A stretch of 64,000 bases of DNA from Rhodobacterales bacterium (GTDB lineage Bacteria; Pseudomonadota; Alphaproteobacteria; Rhodobacterales; Rhodobacteraceae). Shown one piece after another: positions 34,965 through 44,186 of the stretch; the stretch's first letter is position 1; each line of letters begins with the position of its first letter. The position numbers and the translations under genes are program-made. Location of the stretch: the NCBI GenBank assembly GCA_038323615.1, contig JBBQHC010000002.1:5015-69014 (forward strand), given 5' to 3'. The notes beneath the pieces are model-generated. The model did not search any database. It was not told the origin of the DNA and saw only the letters and a list, made by a program, of their open reading frames with translations.

Positions 34965-36056
34965 TCAGCCCTTGCCAAAGACGATGACATTGCGTTTGGC
35001 CGACCCGGTGCGGGTATCTGCGATGGCCTCGTTGATCTGCGCCAATGGATAACGCCCCGATATCAGCTCGTCCAGTTTCAGGCGCTTTTGCTGATACAGG
35101 TCCACCATCCAGGGGATGTCCCGCTTGATCACCGCATTGCCCATTTTCGATCCGACCATCCCCTGACTCCAGGCCGCAAGGTTGGTGATTTCATAGCTTG
35201 AGGTCTGCCCGGTATGGGGCATCCCGACCAGCACGATATTGCCGCCCTTGCCGATGTAATTGACCGCCTGTTCATAGGCTTTGGCCGACCCGACGGTGAC
35301 AAACACCGCATCCGCGCCGCGCCCCATGATTGCCTGCGCGGCGACCCAGGGTTCGGCCTCGGTCGCCAGCACGCCATCGGTCGCGCCGAATTCGCAGGCG
35401 ATCGCCAGTTTTTCCTCGGACATGTCCACCGCAATGATCCGCCGCGCCCCGGCGATCCGCGCACCCTGAATCGCGTTTAGTCCGACACCTCCGGCACCGA
35501 TCACGACGCAATCCTGCCCGGCCCGCAGTTTGGCGGCGTTAACCACTGCGCCGATCCCGGTGATCACGCCGCAAGCGAGCAGGGACGCCGCGTCAAGCGC
35601 CATATCCGCAGGCACCCGCACCACCTGGCTTTGATCCACGACCACCATCTCGGCAAAGGCCCCGCAGGCCATCGCCTGATGCAACTTGCCACCATCGGCG
35701 GTTTTCAAAGGTCCGTGGTCGCCGTCAAAGGCGGTGTCGCAGGCGGTCGGCTTACCCTCGGAACAGGGGGCGCAATGGCCGCAGGCGCGGATCAGCGTCA
35801 CCACGACCGGATCGCCGATACTGATGCCGCGCACCAAATCGCCCAGTGCCGTCACATGCCCCGCCGCCTCGTGGCCATAGACCGCTGGCAGCGACCCGCC
35901 CCAACCGCCGTCCATATAGGTGATGTCGGAATGGCAGATCGCGCAGGCGGCCAGCGTCACCTCGACCTCGGCCCCTTGGGGCGCGCGCAGGGCGACCTTT
36001 TCGATGGAAAGAGGTTGGCCGAATTCATGGCAGACGGCGGCGTCGATCAGCGGCAT
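34965..36056 (-). CDS. zinc-dependent alcohol dehydrogenase family protein
   Basis: CAICHSD catalytic Zn site, structural Zn cysteines (CGHCAPCSEGKPTAC), and the GAGGVG Rossmann motif. The start is ATG 36056 (or 36065). The track ORF is extended to 36335. Confidence 0.85.
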   Translation of the reverse strand: MPLIDAAVCHEFGQPLSIEKVALRAPQGAEVEVTLAACAICHSDITYMDGGWGGSLPAVYGHEAAGHVTALGDLVRGISIGDPVVVTLIRACGHCAPCSEGKPTACDTAFDGDHGPLKTADGGKLHQAMACGAFAEMVVVDQSQVVRVPADMALDAASLLACGVITGIGAVVNAAKLRAGQDCVVIGAGGVGLNAIQGARIAGARRIIAVDMSEEKLAIACEFGATDGVLATEAEPWVAAQAIMGRGADAVFVTVGSAKAYEQAVNYIGKGGNIVLVGMPHTGQTSSYEITNLAAWSQGMVGSKMGNAVIKRDIPWMVDLYQQKRLKLDELISGRYPLAQINEAIADTRTGSAKRNVIVFGKG

Positions 36057-36335
36057 TTTCAGCATCCTTGAGGAAAGTGTTTTGCGTGACATCCACTGCC
36101 GTGCGGGCAGGCGCAATCCCCAAACCGACGGTTCCGTCGCAGACATGACTTGGATCAGCGATGGCCGATCCGGATCAGGAAGCCTTGCAATGCCGCGGCA
36201 AAGGCGATGGGCTAATCGACGCAAGGCAGATGCGCGGCGCTGCGGATCAGGTTGAACGTCGCTCCGGGGATCTGCCATGCGCCCCCTGTCGTCGGGGTCG
36301 ATGGGCGCAACCTGGCCCACAGGGTCAAGCCGCAA

Positions 36336-36476
36336 TCAGGTCGACAGCACCCCGGCGCCAACAAGCACAATAAGGCCGCCCGCCACGTCGCGCCCGGTCA
36401 GTCTTTCGCCCATCCACGCGGCGGCCATCATGACAATCACCGACTGAACAGGCGGGAAAACCTGACCTGCCGAATT
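36336..36476 (-). pseudogene. possible remnant of the last TM helix of an EamA/DMT transporter
   Basis: The minus-strand frame reads ...QVFPPVQSVIVMMAAAWMGERLTGRDVAGGLIVLVGAGVLST*, a typical DMT C-terminus. There is no room for the rest of the gene, because the upstream gene stops at 36476. Confidence 0.3.
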
Positions 36477-37438
36477 TAGGCCAAGGCGCGGGCGAACACT
36501 ACCGGATCGACGTTGCCGCCCGATGCGACCGCGATCACCGCGTCACCCGCGATAGAGCCAGGATGATACAAGGCCGCCGCCAGCGCCACCGCCCCGCCGG
36601 GTTCGATGACGATGCGCAGATGGGCGAATGCGGCGGCCATCGCGCGCAGGCAATCGTCCTCGCTGACCACGATCCCGGGGCCGCAGAGGCGTTGCAGAAT
36701 CGGAAACGTCAGATCGCCGGGTTGCGGCGTGATGACCGCATCGCAGATCGATCCCGACAGGCGGGCATTGCGTTCGATCTTGCCACTGGCCAGCGACCGG
36801 GTCACGTCGTCGAACCCCTCAGGTTCGACCGGGCGGGCGCGCAGGCCGGGAGCGTCAGCCGCGAGTGCCAGCGCGATGCCCGACGTCAGTCCGCCGCCGC
36901 CACAACAGACCAGCACATCGGCGGTGTCGATCCCCAAGGCATTGGCGTCAGCCGCGATTTCCAGCCCGGTGGTGCCTTGCCCGGCGATCACCTGCGGGTC
37001 GTCGTAGGGTCTGATCAAGGTCAGGCCGCGTTCAGCCGACAGTTTCGCCCCAATGGCGTCGCGGTCTTCGCTGGCGCGGTCATACAGCACCACCTCGGCC
37101 CCCAAGGCCCGGGTGTTGGCGATTTTGACGGCGGGCGCGTCGGCGGGCATGACGATAACGCAGGGCGCGCCATGTGCCTGCGCGGCCCGCGCCACGCCCT
37201 GCGCATGGTTGCCGGATGAAAACGCGATCACCCCGGTTTTGAGGGCGTTATCTGTCAGCGCCGACACCGCCGACCAGCCGCCCCGCGCCTTGAAACTGCC
37301 GGTGAATTGCAGACATTCAGGTTTCACGAAAACCCGCCGCCCGGCGATGGCGTCCAGTGCCGGGTCGCACAGCAAAGGGGTGCGGCGCACATTGCCGTCA
37401 AGCCGTTTTGCGGCGGCGCGGATCATTTCGATGTTCAT
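36476..37438 (-). CDS. PLP-dependent threonine/serine dehydratase family protein
   Basis: PLP lysine motif FTGSFKARG, SSGNHAQG, and GGGGL. Confidence 0.85.
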   Translation of the reverse strand: MNIEMIRAAAKRLDGNVRRTPLLCDPALDAIAGRRVFVKPECLQFTGSFKARGGWSAVSALTDNALKTGVIAFSSGNHAQGVARAAQAHGAPCVIVMPADAPAVKIANTRALGAEVVLYDRASEDRDAIGAKLSAERGLTLIRPYDDPQVIAGQGTTGLEIAADANALGIDTADVLVCCGGGGLTSGIALALAADAPGLRARPVEPEGFDDVTRSLASGKIERNARLSGSICDAVITPQPGDLTFPILQRLCGPGIVVSEDDCLRAMAAAFAHLRIVIEPGGAVALAAALYHPGSIAGDAVIAVASGGNVDPVVFARALA

Positions 37439-38256
37439 GGCAGTTTCCCAATCCAGCGGTGCAGCACGTCCAGCGCCTGCGATTCATCCAAAAATGGCAC
37501 ATGGCCGCGCCCCGGCACATCGGCACGGATCATGTCGGGGCGGCGACGGGCCATTTCATCGGCGGTTTCCTTGGTCAGCAGGTCCGAATTGGCCCCCCGG
37601 ATCAGCGCCAGCGGCAATTCCTGAAGTGCGTCGAACAGCGGCCACAGATCGGGTGCCGGCTGCGCCCCGCTTGCCAGCACCGCATCGCGCAGTTTCGGGT
37701 CGTAACGGATCACCAACCCCTCGGGCGTTTCGCGGCACTGCTGTTCCACCTCGGCCCGCCAGCGCGCCAGCGGCACTTCCTTGAAGTGGGTCCACAGATT
37801 TGCCCGCGCATCTGCCGCCTCATCATAGGTCTTTTGCGCCGGATTGCGCCCGATATAGCCCTTGATGACCTCCAACCCCTTTGGGTCGATCACCGGGCCG
37901 ATGTCGTTCAGGGCGACCCCGGTCAGCCGGTCATGCGCCGTCGCCGCTAGCAGCATCGCGATCAGGCCGCCGCGCGAGGTGCCAAGGATCGCCGCCCGCT
38001 CCAGCCCCAGATGATCCATCAGGGCCAGCACATCCTGCGCCTCGACCGGGATCGTGTAGGTGGCGGGGTCGGCCCACTCGGACTGCCCGCGCCCGCGATA
38101 ATCGGGACGGATCAGGCGGACGCCAGACAGGTGCGGGGCGACATGGTTGAAATCTGCACCATTCCGGGTCAATCCGGCCAGACAGATCAATGGCTTGCCC
38201 GACCCCTGATCGGAATAGTGCAAGGTCAGGCCATCGGCGCTGCGGAACTCAGGCAT
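37435..38256 (-). CDS. alpha/beta hydrolase
   Basis: Start set at ATG 38256 (273 aa). Nucleophile elbow GTSRGG and a C-terminal GHVPFLD His motif. ATGA overlap with the downstream gene. Confidence 0.8.
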   Translation of the reverse strand: MPEFRSADGLTLHYSDQGSGKPLICLAGLTRNGADFNHVAPHLSGVRLIRPDYRGRGQSEWADPATYTIPVEAQDVLALMDHLGLERAAILGTSRGGLIAMLLAATAHDRLTGVALNDIGPVIDPKGLEVIKGYIGRNPAQKTYDEAADARANLWTHFKEVPLARWRAEVEQQCRETPEGLVIRYDPKLRDAVLASGAQPAPDLWPLFDALQELPLALIRGANSDLLTKETADEMARRRPDMIRADVPGRGHVPFLDESQALDVLHRWIGKLP

Positions 38257-38939
38257 CAGATCAGCTCCGGTATGGCGGTCAGATCGGGGATGATGTGGTG
38301 CGGCGTGGCATAGAGCCGGTCCACCGGGTCGCCCGCCCGATTGACCCAAACGGTGCGAAACCCGTACCCGGCAGCCCCGGCGGCGTCCCAGCCGTTGGAC
38401 GATACGAACAACACCTGCTCGGGCGCGCAACCGAACTGCGCCCCGACCAGATCGTAAACTCGCGCGTGCGGTTTGAACACGCCGACAGCTTCAACAGACA
38501 GCACCGCGTCCAGACTATCGGCGATCCCCGCCGACCCCACTGCTGCCGCCAACATGTCGGGCGTCCCGTTCGACAATATCGCGCAAGCAGTTCCCCGCGC
38601 CCGCAACGCCGCCAGCATCGCGGGCACTTCGGCAAAGGCGGGCAATTCGCGGTACAACGCCAGCAAGCGGTCGCGCAGGGCTGGGTCGTCCAGCCCCGAA
38701 GCCTCCAGCGCCCAATCCAGCCCGTCTTGCGTCACCTGCCAGAAATCGCAGTGCCGGTCAGCGACGGCGCGCAGCCAGGTGTATTGCAACTGCTTGGCCC
38801 GCCAATCCCGCGCCACCTGTGGCCAGACCGCGCCCAAGGCGGCGAAACGCGGCTCTTTAGCCGCCAATCGCGCCGCCGCATTGACGTCGAACAGGGTGCC
38901 GTAGGCGTCGAAAACGCAGGTGGTGATCGCCACGTTCAA
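38256..38939 (-). CDS. haloacid dehalogenase type II (HAD superfamily)
   Basis: VFDAYGTLFDV (nucleophile Asp), SNG, and VSSNGWDAAGA. TTG start overlapping the upstream stop. Confidence 0.8.
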   Translation of the reverse strand: MNVAITTCVFDAYGTLFDVNAAARLAAKEPRFAALGAVWPQVARDWRAKQLQYTWLRAVADRHCDFWQVTQDGLDWALEASGLDDPALRDRLLALYRELPAFAEVPAMLAALRARGTACAILSNGTPDMLAAAVGSAGIADSLDAVLSVEAVGVFKPHARVYDLVGAQFGCAPEQVLFVSSNGWDAAGAAGYGFRTVWVNRAGDPVDRLYATPHHIIPDLTAIPELI

Positions 38940-39358
38940 CCCATGTCCGGCGGGCCGGATTCAGCCGCCGCCGGGTCCATCCACAGCGGTTCCCAGATAT
39001 GACCATCGGGGTCGGCGAAGGCGCGGGAATACATGAACCCCATGTCCTGCGCGGGACGCGGTTCGTTGCCGCCTGCTGCCAGCGCCGCCGTCACGATCCG
39101 GTCCACGCCCGCCTTGTCGTCACAAGACAGGGCGATCAGGTGCTGACTTTGCTTGGCGGCGTCGCCAATCGGCAAGGGGGTGAATTCGGCGAATTTTGCG
39201 TGGGTCAGGATCATCACATAGATGTTCTCGGAAATCACGACGCAAGCGGCGGTCGGGTCTGAAAACATCTCGTTGATGGTAAATCCGATCGCTTCGTAGA
39301 ACGCCCGCGATCGTGGCAGGTCAGCGACCGGCAGGTTGACGAAAATACTGCGTGGCAT
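38936..39358 (-). CDS. VOC (glyoxalase/bleomycin-resistance) family protein
   Basis: Start set at ATG 39358 (140 aa). IFVNLPVADLPRSRAFYEAIGF and FADPDGHIWE are typical VOC strands. Confidence 0.8.
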   Translation of the reverse strand: MPRSIFVNLPVADLPRSRAFYEAIGFTINEMFSDPTAACVVISENIYVMILTHAKFAEFTPLPIGDAAKQSQHLIALSCDDKAGVDRIVTAALAAGGNEPRPAQDMGFMYSRAFADPDGHIWEPLWMDPAAAESGPPDMG

Positions 39359-39476
39359 GGCGAATCCCCCTTTGCATCTGGCAAATCCTCGACCTGTCGC
39401 AACTCCCGCGCAAGTCATTCTTCCGCGCCTAAATGCTGGCGGGGGTGTGGCGGCAGTCAGCCCCCCGCTGCGCCCG

Positions 39477-40268
39477 TCAGATCAGGTTTTCCGGCTGCGG
39501 CATCCCGATCACGTGATAACCGCCGTCGACATGAATGACCTCGCCCGATGTGAACCCGCCCGCGTCCGACGCCAGATAAACCGCCGTGCCGCCGATGGCC
39601 TCGAGCGTCGCGTTCGACCGCATCGGCGCGTTCTGTTCGGTATGGCGAAAGGTCCGGCGCGCCCCGGCGATGGCGGATCCGGCAAGGGTTTTCATCGGCC
39701 CCGGACTGATCGCGTTGACCCTGATCTTTTGCGGCCCAAGGTCGTTGGCCAGATAGCGCACCGCACTTTCCAGCGCCGCCTTGGCGACCCCCATGACGTT
39801 GTAGAACGGCGTCACCTTGTTGGCGCCCTCGTAGGTCAGGGTCAGGATGCAGCCGCCGTTGGGCATCAGGTCAGCGGCGCGGCGGGCAACATCGATCAGC
39901 GAAAAGCACGATATGGTCAGCGAATTCTGGAAATTGGCGCGGCTGGTGTTGATGAACCGGCCCGCCAACTCGGCCTTGTCGGAATAGGCGATGGCGTGGA
40001 CCACGAAATCGATTGTGCCCCAGCGGTCGCGCAGCATCGCAAAGGCGGCGTCCATCGATGCATCGTCATTCACATCGGTGTCGATCAACATGTCGCTGTC
40101 GACGGATGCGGCCAGCGGTTCGACCCGGCTGCGGAACATCTCACCCTGATAGCTGAAGGCCAGTTCGGCGCCGGCGGCGTGCATTTCGCGCGCGATGCCC
40201 CAGGCGATCGACCGTTCGTTGGCAACGCCCATAATCAGGCCGCGCTTGCCCTGCATGCCGATGGTCAT
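39477..40268 (-). CDS. fabI: enoyl-ACP reductase
   Basis: GKRGLIMGVANERSIAWGIA, YNVMGVAKAALE (Tyr/Lys), NAISPGP. Confidence 0.9.
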   Translation of the reverse strand: MTIGMQGKRGLIMGVANERSIAWGIAREMHAAGAELAFSYQGEMFRSRVEPLAASVDSDMLIDTDVNDDASMDAAFAMLRDRWGTIDFVVHAIAYSDKAELAGRFINTSRANFQNSLTISCFSLIDVARRAADLMPNGGCILTLTYEGANKVTPFYNVMGVAKAALESAVRYLANDLGPQKIRVNAISPGPMKTLAGSAIAGARRTFRHTEQNAPMRSNATLEAIGGTAVYLASDAGGFTSGEVIHVDGGYHVIGMPQPENLI

Positions 40269-40280
40269 AAGGTCATCCGA

Positions 40281-41510
40281 TCACTGGTTGAATTTCGACA
40301 GTAGCATCGACCCATTGGTGCCGCCAAAGCCGAAAGAGTTGGTCATGACGGTGTCCAGCCCTGCGTTTTCCACCAGCCGGGTCGCAATCTCAGCCGGTTT
40401 CAGCGCCGGGTCGAGGGTTTCGACATTGATCGACGGGGTGATGAAATCGCTCTGCAACATCAGCAGGCAATAAACCGCCTCGGAGGCACCTGTCGCGCCC
40501 TGGCTGTGTCCGGTCATCGATTTGGTGCTGCTGATCGGCGGCGTCTGGCCGTCGCCAAAGACCCGGCGCACCGCCTCGACCTCGCCCACATCGCCGACCG
40601 GGGTGCTGGTGCCGTGGGCGTTGATATAGCTGACTTTACGACCCTTGGGCAGCGTATCCAGCGCCAGCCGCATCGCCCGTTCACCGCCTTCGCCCGAGGG
40701 CGCGACCATGTCGTGCCCATCGCTGGTGGCGGCGAATCCGGTCACTTCGGCGTAGATTTTCGCGCCGCGCGCCTTGGCGTGTTCCAGCTCCTCAAGCACG
40801 ACCATCGCGCCGCCGCCCGCGATGACGAACCCATCGCGGCCCGCGTCAAAGGCGCGCGAGGCCTTGGTCGGCGTGTCGTTGTATTTCGACGACATCGCAC
40901 CCATCGCATCGAACAGGCAGGACAGGGTCCAGTCCAGTTCCTCGGCGCCGCCGGCGAACATGATGTCCTGCTTGCCCAGCATGATCTGTTCGCTGGCTGC
41001 TCCGATGCAATGCAGGGACGTGGAACAAGCCGAGGTGATCGAATAATTGATGCCTTTGATATGGTAGGCCGTGGACAGGTTTGCCGATATGGTCGAGCCC
41101 ATGCATTTGGGCACTGCGAACGGGCCGATCCGCTTTGGGCTGCCGGTTGACAATACGGTTTGGTGCGCTGCGAACATGGCGCTGGTCGACGGCCCGCCCG
41201 ATCCCGCAATCAGGCCGGTGCGCGGGTTGACCACGTCGGTCTCGTCCAGTCCCGCATCGGCAATCGCCTGCGCCATCGCGATATGGGCATAGGCCGCGCC
41301 GGGGCCCATGAACCGGAGGGCGCGTTTGTCGACGTGTTCGGCGGGGTCGATCTTGACGGTGCCTGCTATCTGGCTGCGAAAGTTCCGCTCGGCCATCTCG
41401 GCGCTGGCCTCGATGCCAGAGCGCCCGGCGCGCAAAGACACCTCGACCTCGGCCGCAGAATTGCCAATGGGCGACACGATCCCCAGACCTGTAACGACGA
41501 CACGGCGCAT
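40281..41510 (-). CDS. fabB: beta-ketoacyl-ACP synthase I
   Basis: Active-site ACSTS, HGTSTP and GHSQGATG. Lies downstream of fabA. Confidence 0.9.
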   Translation of the reverse strand: MRRVVVTGLGIVSPIGNSAAEVEVSLRAGRSGIEASAEMAERNFRSQIAGTVKIDPAEHVDKRALRFMGPGAAYAHIAMAQAIADAGLDETDVVNPRTGLIAGSGGPSTSAMFAAHQTVLSTGSPKRIGPFAVPKCMGSTISANLSTAYHIKGINYSITSACSTSLHCIGAASEQIMLGKQDIMFAGGAEELDWTLSCLFDAMGAMSSKYNDTPTKASRAFDAGRDGFVIAGGGAMVVLEELEHAKARGAKIYAEVTGFAATSDGHDMVAPSGEGGERAMRLALDTLPKGRKVSYINAHGTSTPVGDVGEVEAVRRVFGDGQTPPISSTKSMTGHSQGATGASEAVYCLLMLQSDFITPSINVETLDPALKPAEIATRLVENAGLDTVMTNSFGFGGTNGSMLLSKFNQ

Positions 41511-41642
41511 GGGCGCACTCCTTTGTCCTTGCGGGAACTATGTAGGGCAGGGGGACGTGAGGGGGCAAGGCGAAAGGGGTGGGGCGACCGATCGAGCCGG
41601 CGCGACAAGACTTGTCTGGTCACGGCGGACCGGGCAAACCAG

Positions 41643-42008
41643 TCATGCAGAGCGCAAAATTTTATCCATTTTTCGACCCTTTGCCAATTCATCGACAAGT
41701 TTATCCAGATACCTGACCTTTTGGGTCAGGGGATCGGTAATTTCCTCAACCCGGTGGCCACAGATAACACCTGTAATCAGAGAGGCACACGGATTCAGCC
41801 GGGCCTGATCAAAGAGGGTTTCAAAATTCGCTTCCGCCTCGATCAGTGCTTTGATCTGCAAGTCGTCAAAGCCGGTCAGCCATCTGATGACTTGGTGCAA
41901 TTCGTCCCGCGTCCTGGCCTTTTTCTCGACCTTCGCAAGATACAGCGGATAGACTTTGGCAAAGGACATTTTTGCGAAAGCCTGGTTTTGGGTGTTTGCG
42001 CCGACCAT
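41643..42008 (-). CDS. DUF2200 family protein
   Basis: 121 aa (FAKVYPLYLAKVEKKARTRDELHQVIRWLTGF). Visibly lower GC than its neighbours. Sits between fabA and fabB. Confidence 0.7.
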   Translation of the reverse strand: MVGANTQNQAFAKMSFAKVYPLYLAKVEKKARTRDELHQVIRWLTGFDDLQIKALIEAEANFETLFDQARLNPCASLITGVICGHRVEEITDPLTQKVRYLDKLVDELAKGRKMDKILRSA

Positions 42009-42128
42009 GAGATTTTCCGCTAGATTCGGGCCATGCGGGCCGTGAATTCGACAGTTCAGGCGGTCTTGTCAGTTGACATCGCGTTCAACAATGCTGTTGC
42101 CAACATCTGATGCGATGTTGGGCCGATT

Positions 42129-42638
42129 TCAACTCTCGCTTAATGCGACCTTCATGTCCTTGACCAGATAGATCACCTCGCCGTCCGCCTCGACCCGGCC
42201 ATCGGCGACGCCCATCGTCAGGCGGCGGGATTGGATCGCCTTGGTGAAATCGACGTGGTAGGTCAGCAGCTTGCGGTCAGGGCGGACCATCCCGGTCAGC
42301 TTGACCTCGCCCACGCCAAGGGCATAACCGCGCCCCTGCCAGCCGCGCCAGCCGAGGTTGAAGCCGGTCAGTTGCCAGAGGCCGTCGAGGCCCAGACAGC
42401 CGGGCATGATCGGGTTGCCGGGGAAATGGCAGGCGAAAAACCACAGGTCTGGCGCAATGTCGAATTCGGCCGTCACATGCCCCTTGCCGTGCGCCCCGCC
42501 ATCGGCGGATATGTCGGTGATCCGGTCCATCATCAGCATCGGCGGTTCGGGCAATTGGGCGTTGCCGGGGCCGAAAAGTTCGCCGCGGGCACATTGTAGA
42601 AGGGCGTCGCGGTCAAAGCTGTTGGGGTAGGTGGCCAT
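42129..42638 (-). CDS. fabA: 3-hydroxydecanoyl-ACP dehydratase/isomerase
   Basis: Start set at ATG 42638 (169 aa). [24 protein letters not shown] active-site region. Confidence 0.9.
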   Translation of the reverse strand: MATYPNSFDRDALLQCARGELFGPGNAQLPEPPMLMMDRITDISADGGAHGKGHVTAEFDIAPDLWFFACHFPGNPIMPGCLGLDGLWQLTGFNLGWRGWQGRGYALGVGEVKLTGMVRPDRKLLTYHVDFTKAIQSRRLTMGVADGRVEADGEVIYLVKDMKVALSES

Positions 42639-42796
42639 GCGTTGTCTTGTCCCGTATCGGTGCGAAATCGTCATCATTCATCGTCTAGCACCCTGATGTA
42701 AATAAGGGCAAGGGCGCTGGCCCCGCGCCGGTCTTGGTGGGATCAGGCACGATTCCATTTGAAACAGGGGCGAAATGCCCGATATGTTGACGCAGC

Positions 42797-43231
42797 ATGA
42801 ACGTCCAAGTGAACCCATCGCCCAGTGCGGCCGATCGCAGCACCGACTGGCTGGCCCGCGCCAACCTGCGCCCGACCCGGCAGCGGGTGGCCTTGGCGAC
42901 GTTGCTGGTAGGCGACGGCTGCGACCGGCATGTGACGGCGGAATGGCTGTTCGACGCCGCCAGTCGCGCCGGCGAACAGGTCTCGCTGGCGACGGTTTAC
43001 AACACGCTCAAGGCGTTCTGCGACGCCGGGCTGATGCGCGAGATCACGGTGGACGGATCGAAAAGCTATTTCGATACCAATATGTCGGATCATCCGCATT
43101 TCTATTGGGAAGATACTGCGCAACTGACCGACGCCCCGGCTGACCAGCTTGAGATCGCGCGGTTGCCGCAAGTGCCCGAGGGGGCCGAGATCGCGGCGGT
43201 CGATGTGGTGATCCGGCTGCGGCGAACCTGA
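42797..43231 (+). CDS. irr: Fur-family iron response regulator
   Basis: 144 aa Fur-family fold (LRPTRQRVALATLL...SLATVYNTLKAF). It lacks the C-terminal CxxC pairs and is divergent from fabA, as in other alphaproteobacteria. Confidence 0.75.
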   Translation: MNVQVNPSPSAADRSTDWLARANLRPTRQRVALATLLVGDGCDRHVTAEWLFDAASRAGEQVSLATVYNTLKAFCDAGLMREITVDGSKSYFDTNMSDHPHFYWEDTAQLTDAPADQLEIARLPQVPEGAEIAAVDVVIRLRRT

Positions 43232-43237
43232 CGCGCG

Positions 43238-43302
43238 GGATGGGTCGAGGCCCATCTTACCTTTTGGATTTTCGCACATCGCAAGCTGGGTCTTAACCCA
43301 GC
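43238..43302. repeat. REP hairpins on the left flank of RAYT
   Basis: GGATGGGTCGAGGCCCATCTTAC (43238-43260) and GCTGGGTCTTAACCCAGC (43285-43302). Confidence 0.8.
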
Positions 43303-43331
43303 CTTAACCACGCGCCCCGCAATCTGCCGAC

Positions 43332-43880
43332 ATGACAGCATACCGGCGCCTTTACATCCCCGGCGGGACCTTCTTTTTCACGGTGCGGCTGGCGGATCGC
43401 CGATCCGACCTGCTGGTCGCCCGCATCACCCTGCTGCGCGACTGTTTTGCCGCGGCCCAGGCCCGCTGGCCGTTCAGCATCGACGCCGCCGTGGTCCTGC
43501 CCGATCACCTGCACATGATCTGGACGCTGCCACCGGGGGACAGCGATTTTTCCGCCCGCTGGCGGCTGATCAAGGCGGCGTTCTCGCGCCATGTCGATGG
43601 ACCCGCGCACCTGCCGCCTTCGCTGGCGCGGCGCGGCGAAAAGGGGATCTGGCAGCGCCGGTTCTGGGAACACGCGATCCGGGACGATGCCGACTATGAC
43701 GCGCATCACCGCCTGATCCTGCAGGCCCCGGTGCAGGCCGGGCTGGTGGCGCGGGTGCAGGACTGGCCATATGCGTCGGTGCATCGCGATTTGCGGCGCG
43801 GGATGACGCTGCCGCAGGGGGCGGTGGCGGGGTTTGCGGGGCGCGATGGGTCAAGACCCATCTTACGCCACGCCGGGTAA
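43332..43880 (+). mobile_element. REP-associated tyrosine transposase (RAYT, IS200/IS605 Y1 family)
   Basis: 182 aa with a YRRLYIPGGTFFFT N-terminus, the HUH motif LPDHLHMIW, and the C-terminal Tyr-helix region (YDAHHRLILQAPVQAGLVARVQDWPYASV). It is flanked by REP palindromes, and the last ~12 codons run into the right-hand REP. Confidence 0.85.
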
Positions 43881-43897
43881 GTCGGGTTTTGAACCCG
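43845..43897. repeat. REP hairpins on the right flank of RAYT
   Basis: GATGGGTCAAGACCCATCTTAC (43845-43866) and GTAAG-TCGGGTTTTGAACCCG (43877-43897). Confidence 0.8.
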
Positions 43898-44186
43898 GGC
43901 TGCGCAAAGGCAGCGCGGTTGCATGGCGAAATCGTTTAGTTACAGGAGGCAGAATCCGCTGATTGTCCGGCGCGGCGAAACCGAAAGTAATATGAATGCG
44001 ACCAATGCAAGCGGTCGCCATCCCGTAACGCGGAAAGGCTTTCAACTGATTCGCAATTCGCCCCAAAATTGGGCGATTTGCGATCTGGCTTTTTCCATCA
44101 AAAGTAGTTCCGCGCGAGCGGTTCGGGTTCGCACGAAAACACCTCGGTTCGGAGCGAACTGCGATTTGTTCGAAAGTCATTCCGCT

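Noticed and set aside
33616-35052. 478-aa plus-strand ORF
   Set aside because: It is antisense to the enolase-superfamily gene and reads through the repeat element at 34.9 kb.
42639-42796. Irr/ICE-box operator between fabA and irr
   Set aside because: I looked for the TTTAGAA-N3-TTCTAAA-type iron control element and found no convincing match.
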